64,000 nt of DNA from Tubiluchus corallicola. Lineage: Eukaryota > Animalia > Priapulida. Below, piece after piece: positions 27,943-37,958 of the stretch (position 1 is the first letter of the stretch; each line of letters opens with the position of its first letter). The DNA is taken from positions 62,001-126,000 of the forward strand of contig JAQGDQ010002388.1 of the NCBI GenBank assembly GCA_030141605.1. Direction: 5' to 3'. Both the position numbers and the translations under genes were made by a program. Below the pieces are notes generated by a model. The model made no database searches, was not told where the DNA came from, and saw only the letters and a program-made list of their open reading frames with translations.

Positions 27943-30432
27943 CTACATTCCTATGAGATCAAACTCCTCAAAGCTGACGATCACCTCATAATCGCTTGGA
28001 ATTTCATTATATTTCACACGAACAGAGTATGTAGAAGGATCGTACATCCAGCCGACAGAGGCTTCTTGCCATTTCTCTTCGTGTAGGAATTGCGGTAGCA
28101 GTTCGCCGTTTAGTGTAACCCAGTAAGCTCCTTTTTTGTCATTGAGAACATCCAGGATAATCGTTTTAATCTTTGTTCTGTAGTTTCCTTTTCGATCAAA
28201 GGTGAGTTTAACTTTGTTGCCACTTTCCAGAGAAATTTTTGTTTCCAGATAGTCTCCGTTTAAGTAGTCGTTGCTCCATCCGTCATCTTCATACAGAGTA
28301 AAGGTCGTATTTTCTCCTGGAGCTACTAAAATATTCAGATGATCGATTGTCTCAAGCTGTAAATTTGAAATTGGTAGGCACATTGGTATAATTGTGCCGC
28401 TGCGAATAAAGAGTGGAATTGTCTCCAGATCGACGGGGACTTCCAGCTCTTGTCCTCCTTCATAATAGCGATGTGTTTCCCAGTCATACCATCCTGTGCC
28501 TTCCGGAAGGTAAACGCTGCGGCTTTCAGCGCCTTCTTCCAGCACGTTTGCTACCAGCAGAGCGTCTCCAACCATGAAAATGGTATCTTCGTCGTAGCAT
28601 TCTGTATCATTTTGAAATTCATATACCAGGGGCCGCATAATCGGTGTGCCTTTTTTATGGGATTCATACATCAATGAGTAATAATAAGGCGTAAGGGTAT
28701 AGCGAAAATATATAGCGTCTCGAATATAATCTGTGTAATCCTCATACATCCAAGGTTCCGTCACAGTGTTGTTTGTGTTGCAGGAGTGAATTGAGAATCG
28801 GGGTTGGAAAATACCATTTTGCACCCATCGTACAAGCAGCTCAGCTGATGGGGAAACACCAGCGAATCCACCGATATCGCACCCCTGGTTTGCAACGCCT
28901 GAGAGGCCCATACCCAATACTGTCGCAACATTATAGCGCAGTGTTTTCCAACACGTTAAATTATCGCCTGCCCATGTTTGTGCGTAGCGCTGTATTCCTG
29001 CGAAACCGGAGCGGTTAATAACATAGGGTCGGACTTCTGGAAATCCTTCTGCTAGGGCTTCATGGGCAACATGTGCCATCAAATTGGGTTCTAATGCTTT
29101 CAATCGAGCTGCGGTTGAGGGATTTCCGTCGTGATCGCACACTGCCATCCGGTCGTTGATTTCATATTCGCAATTGTCGTTCCATATTGATTTTACGCCA
29201 TAGGCAATTAATTGATTTTTTAAAAAGCCCCGCCAGACATCTCGCCCCGATGGGTTGGTGAAATCGACAAATGACCCTTCTCCTCCCCACCATTTGTCGA
29301 CATAGGGGGAAGTTCCGTCTGCAACTTTGATAAATCCTCCTTCAGAGGCAAAATCGTCATAATTGGGATGAGAGAGTAAAATTCCCGGTTTTACATTGGC
29401 TGACACGACAACGCCTTTTTCTTCCATTGAGTTAAAGAACAGGTTTGGGTTCTGGAAGCGTTCTTTATTCCATGTGAAGACATAGCGGCGGTTATTTTCT
29501 CCGACTGTATAGCCTGATGATAATTGAAATCCGTCGACAGGGATATCTTCAAGTTTTGCTTTGTCGACAAATCCTAGAATTTCATCATCGCAATTTTTTG
29601 GAAGTTCGACATAATACATGGTTGACCCTAGATAACCCAGTGAGTAGAGTGGTGGCATTGCTGTCTTTCCTGTCAGGTCTGTATAGCGTTCCACGACATC
29701 TGAGAGGGTTGGACCATTGATAAAAAAGATATCGAGTTCTCCACCTTCTGTGCAGTAATAGCTGTATGGGGGCCAGTAGCCACTATATTCTCCTCCCATA
29801 CAAAAGGTTGACTCATAGCTGTTATGATAAAAAAGGCCGGACGCATAACCGCTATCGTTTTTCAAGCGAATGTAAAAAGGGATATGTTTATAGAGGGGGT
29901 TTGTTCCTTCGGAATCGTAACCTATTGCGTCTTTTGGAGAAAGGCGGAAATAGCGTCCAGCTTTGTTTAGCGGTCCTGTTTGCTCTCCGAATCCATAGAA
30001 ATAATCTTTGCGGTTAATTTCGTTGTAGTGATACGAGCGTCCTAAATGATCCAGCACGTGTGCCCGGTCTTTGAGATCGCCATATATTTTCTCTCCCCGA
30101 TGATCGTAAATATCAATTCCAAAAGGAGATTTCGTCAGCACAATCTGCAGTGAATTTGTTTTCAGGGTAAAGCTGTCTTCTTTTTCTTCCAAAGTAGGCT
30201 GCAGTAAGTCAACACGGCGGCGTGCTTCCCCGATAAAATCATCCATACGATCTTCCCAGCCTGTTAATGTCAATATGTATGATTCCTCTTGTGGAAACGT
30301 TCCGTCAAAAGATACACGCATACGTACAATATCATCGGTTAAAAAATAAAGCCGGATAGCAGAAGAATCTGTTTCAACCGTATAAAAATTTTCTTCCTGT
30401 ATAACGCTCTTTAGTGTCCGTGATACCTGCAT
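27943..30432 (-). CDS. GH31 alpha-glycosidase, cytoplasmic
   Basis: PLYKHIPF, LTGK, WNDNCE (nucleophile), RSGFAGIQRYAQTWAGDN (acid/base), DIGGF, PIMRPL; ATG at 30432 follows AGGAGA. Confidence 0.92.
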   Translation of the reverse strand: MQVSRTLKSVIQEENFYTVETDSSAIRLYFLTDDIVRMRVSFDGTFPQEESYILTLTGWEDRMDDFIGEARRRVDLLQPTLEEKEDSFTLKTNSLQIVLTKSPFGIDIYDHRGEKIYGDLKDRAHVLDHLGRSYHYNEINRKDYFYGFGEQTGPLNKAGRYFRLSPKDAIGYDSEGTNPLYKHIPFYIRLKNDSGYASGLFYHNSYESTFCMGGEYSGYWPPYSYYCTEGGELDIFFINGPTLSDVVERYTDLTGKTAMPPLYSLGYLGSTMYYVELPKNCDDEILGFVDKAKLEDIPVDGFQLSSGYTVGENNRRYVFTWNKERFQNPNLFFNSMEEKGVVVSANVKPGILLSHPNYDDFASEGGFIKVADGTSPYVDKWWGGEGSFVDFTNPSGRDVWRGFLKNQLIAYGVKSIWNDNCEYEINDRMAVCDHDGNPSTAARLKALEPNLMAHVAHEALAEGFPEVRPYVINRSGFAGIQRYAQTWAGDNLTCWKTLRYNVATVLGMGLSGVANQGCDIGGFAGVSPSAELLVRWVQNGIFQPRFSIHSCNTNNTVTEPWMYEDYTDYIRDAIYFRYTLTPYYYSLMYESHKKGTPIMRPLVYEFQNDTECYDEDTIFMVGDALLVANVLEEGAESRSVYLPEGTGWYDWETHRYYEGGQELEVPVDLETIPLFIRSGTIIPMCLPISNLQLETIDHLNILVAPGENTTFTLYEDDGWSNDYLNGDYLETKISLESGNKVKLTFDRKGNYRTKIKTIILDVLNDKKGAYWVTLNGELLPQFLHEEKWQEASVGWMYDPSTYSVRVKYNEIPSDYEVIVSFEEFDLIGM

Positions 30433-30523
30433 TTTTCTCTCCTTAATTATCAATAAATACTCTGGAATATCTATAAAATATTGCTTAAATATAACAATGA
30501 TCGTATTTTTAAAAGCAAGGCTT

Positions 30524-30546
30524 ACAGGAGAGAAAATCTCTCCCGT
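30524..30546 (-). terminator. Intercistronic hairpin between dctP and GH31
   Basis: GGAGAGA-AAA-TCTCTCC stem; weak U-tract, so a partial terminator or mRNA stabiliser. Confidence 0.45.
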
Positions 30547-30588
30547 ATTTTATCTATAAAAGTGATTATATAATTTTTGCGGCTATTC

Positions 30589-31569
30589 CTACTTCAGTGA
30601 TTGCGCTGCTATTGATGAAATAATAGCATCTATTTTCGGATCGACGCGATATTCATCATATAAAGGGGTGACTTTTGCGCGAAAGAGTGCTTTATCTGGG
30701 TAGGAAAAGTGAATATTCAAACGTCCTTTTGCTTCTTCAATGGAATCGTTAACGGTTTGATTCCATAGTTCGATATGAAAGTCTGTTGCTTCGAGCGCGG
30801 CTTCTTTCAGTGCTTTTTTATGAGAATCGGATAATTTCTCCCAACTTTTTACGCCAATGATCAAAAAGTCCGGAATCATGGCATGTTCATCAAAAGAGTA
30901 ATATTTCGCGACTTCTCCATGGCGACCAATTGTAAGTGCCGTTGGGTTATTTTCTGCTCCGTCGATTACTTTCTGCTGCATTGCTGTGTAGATTTCGCCA
31001 TAAGGTAGAGGTGTTGGTGTTCCTCCCATTAGCTCTATCATCCGTATGGCTGTATGGCTGTTCATAACGCGAATTTTCTGCCCTCGTAGATCGTCTGGAG
31101 TATTGATTGGTTTTCCTACTGTATAAAAGCTACGGACTCCGCCATCAAAAAACGTCAGTCCATAAAATCCTTGATCGAGCGCGGATCGGTAAATTTCCTC
31201 ACCGACATCGCCTTTCATCACATGATAAAAATGCTCTTGGCTGTCAAACAGGTAAGGTAATGTAAAGGCTGTGAAAACGGTGCTGAAATTCTCTAGTGAT
31301 GACGCGCCGACACGAGTCATATCAATAATACCGTTTTGAACTTGCTCAAGAACCTCCCGTTCATTCCCCAAAACACCATTTAAAAACAAGCGGACACGAA
31401 CTTGTTTGTTGGTTTTTTCCGCAACGGCATTAGCAAAATATTTCAGCGCCTCACTGGTTGGATGATCTGCGCTTAAATTATGGGCAAGTCTTAACGATAC
31501 TCGTTTCGCCGAGGAATCTGCCGAATATAGAAAACTAAATGCCAGCATAAAAATTAAAAAATATCTCAT
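30589..31569 (-). CDS. dctP: TRAP transporter substrate-binding protein
   Basis: Signal peptide, LRLAH, LGNEREV, LPYLF, conserved Arg in LRGQKIRV, IDGAENN. Confidence 0.93.
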   Translation of the reverse strand: MRYFLIFMLAFSFLYSADSSAKRVSLRLAHNLSADHPTSEALKYFANAVAEKTNKQVRVRLFLNGVLGNEREVLEQVQNGIIDMTRVGASSLENFSTVFTAFTLPYLFDSQEHFYHVMKGDVGEEIYRSALDQGFYGLTFFDGGVRSFYTVGKPINTPDDLRGQKIRVMNSHTAIRMIELMGGTPTPLPYGEIYTAMQQKVIDGAENNPTALTIGRHGEVAKYYSFDEHAMIPDFLIIGVKSWEKLSDSHKKALKEAALEATDFHIELWNQTVNDSIEEAKGRLNIHFSYPDKALFRAKVTPLYDEYRVDPKIDAIISSIAAQSLK

Positions 31570-31954
31570 CAGTATGACTCCCTTTATTTTAATATAGCTC
31601 TCTTTATTTATTTTCATTTCTTTTCACCAGCGGGTAGCATGCCCAAATTCCTTATAGAAACAGTGAAAAAAATATTCTCTAATTGACAACAATAACCAGC
31701 TTACTCTCTAATAGTCAAGTGATATTTCTATGACTTTTTTCCGTTATAAAATACAAATTATTCTCTCTGGTAAAAAACACATAAAACAATTTATTAAGTT
31801 GTTTTATGGAAACAGAACTCTCTTTTATTCTATGTTTACAGGCTCCTTCTGGTTTGTAACACTTTATTTTTTATGATACCGTTTAAAATAAGAGATATGC
31901 TTCTTAAGTATAAGAGGTATGTTTATTTTAAATTAAAAAAGGAGTTTCATTTTC

Positions 31955-32923
31955 ATGAAAATAAAAGCAACACTTGATAAAATTCCTGGTGGCATGATGG
32001 TTGTTCCTTTGTTGCTTGCAGCAACAATTAACACGTTTGCTTCGGATTTATTACGAATTGGTGGATTTACGGAGGCCCTTTTTGTAAAGGGGGCTGGAAC
32101 ATTGATTGCGCTTTTTTTGCTTTGTGCTGGTGCTCAGATTAATTTAAGCAATGTTGGTGTTTCTTTTGGGAAAGGGGCGACTCTTTTATCTGTTAAATGG
32201 TTTGTTGGAGCCAGTTTTGGTCTTTTGGCTTATTTTTTTGCGGATTCAAATGGTCTTTTTTTTGGTCTTGTGCCTATTGCTATTGTTGCTGCTATGACCA
32301 ACAGCAACGGCGGTCTTTATGTTGCTATTGTCGGGCAGTATGGAAAAGAAGATGATAAGGCGGCCTATTCTCTGCTAGCTTTGAATGACGGTCCTTTTCT
32401 GACGATGGTTGCACTTGTGATTTTTGGTGCTATGGGTTTTGTGGAAGGGTTCTTTTCTTTTGTTTCCTTTATTGCTGTTTTATTGCCGATTATTGTAGGG
32501 ATGGTGCTGGGAAATCTTGATGAAGATCTGCGTGATTTTCTAGCTAAGGGCAGTGATATGCTCATTCCTTTTTTTGCATTTGCTTTAGGAATGGGGATTG
32601 ATTTTTCTGCAATTATCAATGGTGGTTTGACAGGGATTCTTCTGGGGATCTCGACTGTACTTTTCACAGGCACAGCGGGTTATCTGGCTTTCCGGATGAT
32701 GGGTTGGAATCCTATTGTTGGTGCAGCTGAAGGCTCAACGGCAGGGAATGCTGTTGCAACTCCTGCGGCACTTGCTGCTGCTAATGCTGCTTTTCTACCT
32801 TTTGTTGAGTTAGCCACTGTTCAAGTTGCGGCAAGTACAGTAACGACGGCTTTACTTTTGCCTTTTTATATTGGTTTTCTTGTTAAGAAATTTCACCCTG
32901 AGCTTTCTAACTCAAGTCCTTAA
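31955..32923 (+). CDS. kdgT: KdgT-family (2-keto-3-deoxygluconate permease-like) acid-sugar transporter
   Basis: IKATLDKIPGGMMVVPL, TNSNGGLY, NDGPF, LGNLD, LIPFFAFALG, STAGNAVATP. Confidence 0.9.
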   Translation: MKIKATLDKIPGGMMVVPLLLAATINTFASDLLRIGGFTEALFVKGAGTLIALFLLCAGAQINLSNVGVSFGKGATLLSVKWFVGASFGLLAYFFADSNGLFFGLVPIAIVAAMTNSNGGLYVAIVGQYGKEDDKAAYSLLALNDGPFLTMVALVIFGAMGFVEGFFSFVSFIAVLLPIIVGMVLGNLDEDLRDFLAKGSDMLIPFFAFALGMGIDFSAIINGGLTGILLGISTVLFTGTAGYLAFRMMGWNPIVGAAEGSTAGNAVATPAALAAANAAFLPFVELATVQVAASTVTTALLLPFYIGFLVKKFHPELSNSSP

Positions 32924-32980
32924 AGGGAAAACAGGGAGGGTTTCAAGGTATTATTCTAGTTTTTTCAGGAGAAAGCAACC

Positions 32981-34291
32981 ATGACACATTTTGTTATTTT
33001 TGCGGATGATGCGACGGGAGCGAGTGACAGTGGTGTGCAACTTTTGCCTTTTGGTTTAAGCGCAACCGTACGCAGTTACGAGGAGTCTTTTTCCTCTTCT
33101 TTTCATATTCATCCTAAGGAAGCTTTGGTTTTTGATACGGACAGCCGCACCTTATCTTCTACTGCTGCGTATACAAGAGTTAAGCAATTGGCTCAAAAAT
33201 TTATTTCTCGTAAAGAGGATTTTATTTTTTATAAAAAAATTGATTCTACTTTACGCGGAAATATTGGTGCTGAGTTAAAGGCTTTGCATGAACATATCAA
33301 AGCGGATTTTACTTTTGTAGTTCCGGCTTTTCCGCGTGTAGGTCGTACGACTGTTGATGGGATTCACTATCTTCATGGTGTGCCTCTTTTGCAAACTGAT
33401 CTTGTTCATGATACTCAAGCTCCTGTAAAGCAGGATAATCTACCTACTCTTTTGCAGGAACAAATCGGCAAGCCAGTTATTCATGTAGCGAAGAGTGATT
33501 TTTCTTCTCTTGCGTCTATTTTGTCTGCTCATAAAAAAGAAGGGGGCTGTTATTTTTCTTTTGATGCGCAAACAAAGGAGGACCTTATTTTTTTAGCGCA
33601 CACACTTTATGAAAAGACGCAAGGCATGAAGGTGCTTTGGTGTGGATCGGCAGGGCTTGCGGCTTTTCTACCGTATAAGTATGGTTTTTCTCTTCAGGAG
33701 ACGCAAACAACGTCTTCTTTTGCCTCTTCTTTTTCGCCCTCGGAATTTGCTGCGATTGTTGGAAGCACAACGGCACTTTCCCGCGAGCAGATTTCTGCTT
33801 GTTCGGGTCATTCTTTTTTACGTCCTGTTGTTCTTTCTCCGGCTCTTTTATTTTGTGCAGAAAAGGATAATGAGCTTAACAGAGTTCATGAAAGTGCCTG
33901 CTCAATTCTTCATGCGGGTATGAGTCCTCTTTTCTGCACTAAAGCGGATAAGCAGTCGATTGAGGATGTTAAAGAGAAAGGGCGTAATTATTCAAATGAG
34001 CAGATCGGTAAAAATATTGCCTCTTCTCTTGTTTTATCTTCTTTACGCCTTGTGCAAGAGAAGCGGCTTAAATGTGTTTTTATCACAGGGGGTGATACGC
34101 TCAAAGCTTTTTGCCGCCGAGGGAATTATGGAACATTACGGTTAGTCTGCGAGATTTTTCCGGGTATTGTCGGTGTGAAGTTTGATGATACCCTTGTTGG
34201 CGTGACGAAATCAGGCTCTTTTGGGAGTCCTTCAACATTTTTAGAACTCTATACGTATCTTATTGGCGAAAATAGGAGTATTAACAGATGA
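32981..34291 (+). CDS. Four-carbon acid sugar kinase (DUF1537; DtnK/DenK family)
   Basis: ADDATGASD, DTDSR, YKKIDSTLRGNIG, PAFP, GSAGLA, TGGDT, TKSGSFG. Confidence 0.92.
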   Translation: MTHFVIFADDATGASDSGVQLLPFGLSATVRSYEESFSSSFHIHPKEALVFDTDSRTLSSTAAYTRVKQLAQKFISRKEDFIFYKKIDSTLRGNIGAELKALHEHIKADFTFVVPAFPRVGRTTVDGIHYLHGVPLLQTDLVHDTQAPVKQDNLPTLLQEQIGKPVIHVAKSDFSSLASILSAHKKEGGCYFSFDAQTKEDLIFLAHTLYEKTQGMKVLWCGSAGLAAFLPYKYGFSLQETQTTSSFASSFSPSEFAAIVGSTTALSREQISACSGHSFLRPVVLSPALLFCAEKDNELNRVHESACSILHAGMSPLFCTKADKQSIEDVKEKGRNYSNEQIGKNIASSLVLSSLRLVQEKRLKCVFITGGDTLKAFCRRGNYGTLRLVCEIFPGIVGVKFDDTLVGVTKSGSFGSPSTFLELYTYLIGENRSINR

Positions 34292-35280
34292 AGAAACCAA
34301 TTATTGCGATTACAATGGGAGATGCCGCTGGTGTTGGGCCGGAAATTATTGTCAAGGCGTTAGCGTGCAATCCTGATCTTTATGATCTTTGCCATCCTTT
34401 TGTTATTGGGGATTTTGGTCGTTTATCTCAGGCGGTTAAAATAGCGGATCTTTCTTTGCAGGTTCGCTTGATCGATTCTCTTGAGCAGGCGCAATTTCGT
34501 CCTGGTATCATTGATTGTTTTTGTTTAGGGTTAATTCCCTCTGACTTACCTTGGGGAGAGGTTTCCAAAGCTGCAGGAGAAGGTGCCTTTCGATATTTAG
34601 AAAAAGCGGTTGAGCTGTCTTGCAATCAAGAGGTTGATGCGATCTGCACAGCGCCTTTGAATAAAGAGGCTCTTAATCTTGCAGGTCATTGTTTTCCTGG
34701 GCATACGGAAATTTTGGCGCATCTTACAGGTACGGAAGATTTTTCCATGATGCTTGCCACTCCTGAGATGAAAGTGCTTCATTTAACGACTCATGTTGGT
34801 CTTTTGGATGCGGTTTCACATATTACGCCGGAGAGGGCTTATCGTGTCATTCGCTTAGCTCATGACAGTCTTTCTGGCAATGAAAAGAAACAGCCTCATA
34901 TTGCGATATGCGGGATCAATCCACATGCGGGAGAAGGTGGATTGTTCGGTTATCGTGAAGAGGAAGAAAAGATTCTTCCTGCTATTGAGCGTGCTGTTCA
35001 AGAAGGTATTTCTGTTTCTGGCCCCTACCCTTCTGACACGATTTTTTTACGGGCGCGCAAGAGGGAGTTTGACGTTGTGATTGCCTGTTATCATGATCAA
35101 GGTCATATTGCTGTAAAGACTATGGGGATTGATGATGGTGTGAATGTAACGTTAGGTCTTAAAAAAGGGGTTATTCGTACTTCTGTGGATCATGGCACGG
35201 CGTTTGATATTGCAGGCCAAAACAAGGCTGATGCTTATAATATGGCGGTTGCTCTTAGGATGGCTCTTGATTTTGTATGA
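34288..35280 (+). CDS. pdxA: PdxA2-type D-threonate/D-erythronate 4-phosphate dehydrogenase
   Basis: ITMGDAAGVGPE, TAPLNKE, GHTE, NPHAGE, YHDQG, RTSVDHGTAFDIAG; ATGA overlap with the DUF1537 kinase. Confidence 0.92.
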   Translation: MKKPIIAITMGDAAGVGPEIIVKALACNPDLYDLCHPFVIGDFGRLSQAVKIADLSLQVRLIDSLEQAQFRPGIIDCFCLGLIPSDLPWGEVSKAAGEGAFRYLEKAVELSCNQEVDAICTAPLNKEALNLAGHCFPGHTEILAHLTGTEDFSMMLATPEMKVLHLTTHVGLLDAVSHITPERAYRVIRLAHDSLSGNEKKQPHIAICGINPHAGEGGLFGYREEEEKILPAIERAVQEGISVSGPYPSDTIFLRARKREFDVVIACYHDQGHIAVKTMGIDDGVNVTLGLKKGVIRTSVDHGTAFDIAGQNKADAYNMAVALRMALDFV

Positions 35281-35299
35281 GTGTTTCTGTTGGTTTTGT

Positions 35300-37015
35300 T
35301 TATGGCATAAGTTGTTTCAGGAGATGCTTAGCGGCGGCGCGGGATTCTTTTGTGATTGTATGACCTGAGAGCATTCGTGCGACCTCATCAAGTCTATGTT
35401 TATGGTCTGTCAGTTGATAAATTTTTGTTTCTGTAGAGAACTCCGTCTGAGAATTTTCCTCCTGTCCTTTTTCGACTTTATAGTGATATGTTCCACATGC
35501 TGCGACTTGTGGAGAGTGTGTGACGGCGATGACCTGCGAGTCTTTGGAAAGGCGGTTCATGCGCTCTCCGATCGCGGCGGCGACAGCGCCACTGACGCCG
35601 GTATCAATTTCATCGAACACAGAGCAAAAGACGCTTCCTACGTCAGAAAGGGAAAGTTTCAACGCCAGCATAAAACGTGAGAGTTCTCCTCCGGATGCTG
35701 TTTTATGCAGAGGAGAAAAGGGCATTTCTGGGTTGGTTGAGACTTCAAAAACAATTTTTTCTTTCCCGCATGGTTGCCAGTAATTTTCTTCCAGAGCAAC
35801 AAGTCGGCATAGGAATGAAGCATTTTTTAAGTAGAGTTTTTCCACTTCTTTATGGACATGGTTTTGCAAAGCGTGTGCGGCTTTGCGACGTTGTTCTGAA
35901 AGCTGGTCTGCTTTTTTGCTATAAAGGTTGCGGGACTGCTGAACTTTATGCGTTAATTTTTCAAGCTGTCCTGCGCCGTCTTTCAGGGATTGAAGGCGTT
36001 CATTGTATGTCCTGTAAAGCACCGGCAGCTCATCACATATGACATTATGTTTTCGTGCTAACGCTCTTAAGGAAAAAAGCCGTTCTTCTATTTGTTCTAA
36101 ATTTCCGGATTCATTATCCATTTTCTCTTTTATATCTTCGATTTGAGAAAGGGCTTCTTCTGTTTCCAGCGCGGCTTTTTCCAGGGTTGAGATGGTTTCT
36201 TCAAAGAGGTTTCCATCTCCTTCTCGCTCTAATGTTCTGCATGCGCGATATAGTGAGGCAAGCGCACCTTTCTGGTGATCGGCTGACAGCTCTTCATGGC
36301 ATGTATTGATGGCTCCTCTCAATCTCTCTTGAGAGAGGAGAAGCCGTCGTTGATAATCCAGTTTTTCTTCTTCACCTTCTTCTGGTTTCAGAGCGTCTAT
36401 TTCTTTTGCCGCATAAGAGAGAAAATCGATTTCCGTATCACGTTGCGCAAGGGATTGCTGGAAGGAACTAAGGGCTTGCTGGTCATCTTTCCATTGTTCC
36501 CATAGTTTTTTAAGCTCAAAGCATAAAGAATCGTTTTTCCCGTAACTATCCAATAGCCGTTGATGATAGGAAGGTTCTAAAAGCCATTGGCTTTCGAATT
36601 GCCCATGCATTTCCACGAGATATTCTCCCAAGGCTCTTAAAAATCGAATTGTGACATGCTGATCATTAACCCATGCGCGGGAAGAGCGGCCTTCCAAAGC
36701 CAATTCTCGACGAATAATCAGGCTGTCGTCATCAGAGACAGGAATACCGTGAGAGTCCAGAAATGTTTTAACCGGGTTATTTTTATCGTTATTATCTTCC
36801 TGTTGAAAGAGTGCTGTTACAGAGGCGTTTTTTTCGCCTGGGCGGATAAAGTGACACCCACCCCGTATACCAAGGACTAGGCCGAGACAATCGATCAGCA
36901 CTGATTTTCCTGCTCCTGTCTCCCCTGTTAGAACGCACAGCCCTTTCTGAAAGGATAATTCCAGAGAACGAATTAAAACAACGTTACGAATAGAAAGTGA
37001 GTGAAGAAAATACAT
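35300..37015 (-). CDS. recN: DNA repair protein RecN
   Basis: LTGETGAGKS, HGQ, coiled coil, ASGGELSR, FDEIDTGVSG, VTHSPQVA. Confidence 0.97.
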   Translation of the reverse strand: MYFLHSLSIRNVVLIRSLELSFQKGLCVLTGETGAGKSVLIDCLGLVLGIRGGCHFIRPGEKNASVTALFQQEDNNDKNNPVKTFLDSHGIPVSDDDSLIIRRELALEGRSSRAWVNDQHVTIRFLRALGEYLVEMHGQFESQWLLEPSYHQRLLDSYGKNDSLCFELKKLWEQWKDDQQALSSFQQSLAQRDTEIDFLSYAAKEIDALKPEEGEEEKLDYQRRLLLSQERLRGAINTCHEELSADHQKGALASLYRACRTLEREGDGNLFEETISTLEKAALETEEALSQIEDIKEKMDNESGNLEQIEERLFSLRALARKHNVICDELPVLYRTYNERLQSLKDGAGQLEKLTHKVQQSRNLYSKKADQLSEQRRKAAHALQNHVHKEVEKLYLKNASFLCRLVALEENYWQPCGKEKIVFEVSTNPEMPFSPLHKTASGGELSRFMLALKLSLSDVGSVFCSVFDEIDTGVSGAVAAAIGERMNRLSKDSQVIAVTHSPQVAACGTYHYKVEKGQEENSQTEFSTETKIYQLTDHKHRLDEVARMLSGHTITKESRAAAKHLLKQLMP

Positions 37016-37040
37016 TATACTCAGTCAGCTAATATTATAA

Positions 37041-37871
37041 TTAAAACCATGATTTTCGATAATTTTCGGGTGCTTGTATTTGTTCTATATCTTCTATTTG
37101 CACTTTATTTTTAAGGAGCGTATAAGCATCCAGATACCAAGAGCTTCCTGGGAAATTATATCCTAATACAGAGGCAACGCGTACGGCTTCATCGTTGAGT
37201 CCGAGGATCAGATATGTTTCCACAAGGCGATAGAGAGCTTCTTCAACATGTAGCGTTGTGGAATAGACATCAACAACGTGCTGAAAGCGATTAATTGCTG
37301 CGAGATATTTCCGGCTTTTTTGGTAGAATCGTCCAATTTCCACTTCTTTCCCTGCTAAATGTTCTAAAGCGAGATCAATTTTCAGTTGTGCGGCTTGTGT
37401 AAATTCAGAATCCGGGAATCGTTTTACAAGCTCTTCGAAAGCTTGATAGGCGTAAATTGTATTGGCTTGATCTCGTTTTGTATCGGAGATTTGGTCATAG
37501 TAGCACAATCCGCGCACATAATAAGCAAAAGGCGTATATTGGCTTGAGGGATGTTCTTTAACAAATCGCTCCAAAAGAACGAGAGCAATATCATATTCCC
37601 CTGACAAATAGTAGGCCCATGCTGATTGAATTTGTGATTCATAGGCTTCATCGGAATAAGGGTATTGGCGATCAACCTCTTCAAAAAGCTTTGCAGCTTT
37701 TTGGTATTCCTGATCCTCCAGAGCCTTGTTGGCTTCGTTCATCAGCTGTTGTATGGGCGTATCATCTTGAGCATCTATTTTTTCCTGAGGTTCAGCACAG
37801 GCCGCTATGAAAACAGCGATAATAAAAAGGGTAAAAAATTGCTGTATTGTTATTTTTTGTTTATCAATCAT
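37041..37871 (-). CDS. bamD: Outer membrane protein assembly factor BamD
   Basis: Lipobox IAA-C, TPR repeats, RDQ, LAGKEVEIGRFY, AAINRF, LGYNFPGSSWY; adjacent to recN. Confidence 0.95.
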   Translation of the reverse strand: MIDKQKITIQQFFTLFIIAVFIAACAEPQEKIDAQDDTPIQQLMNEANKALEDQEYQKAAKLFEEVDRQYPYSDEAYESQIQSAWAYYLSGEYDIALVLLERFVKEHPSSQYTPFAYYVRGLCYYDQISDTKRDQANTIYAYQAFEELVKRFPDSEFTQAAQLKIDLALEHLAGKEVEIGRFYQKSRKYLAAINRFQHVVDVYSTTLHVEEALYRLVETYLILGLNDEAVRVASVLGYNFPGSSWYLDAYTLLKNKVQIEDIEQIQAPENYRKSWF

Positions 37872-37958
37872 TGAAATATCTATCCTTACCGAAAATATCA
37901 CTAGTTATTCGTTTCTTTTTTTTATAATAAAAAATAAGATAATATCACGGATGATAAA

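Noticed and set aside
27943-30432. Sulfoquinovosidase call for the GH31
   Set aside because: The nucleophile motif is WNDNCE rather than the MADFGE type, and no sulfoglycolysis genes are adjacent.
34288-35280. Vitamin B6 biosynthetic pdxA
   Set aside because: Context is DUF1537 kinase + KdgT rather than surA-ksgA, which indicates the catabolic PdxA2 paralogue.
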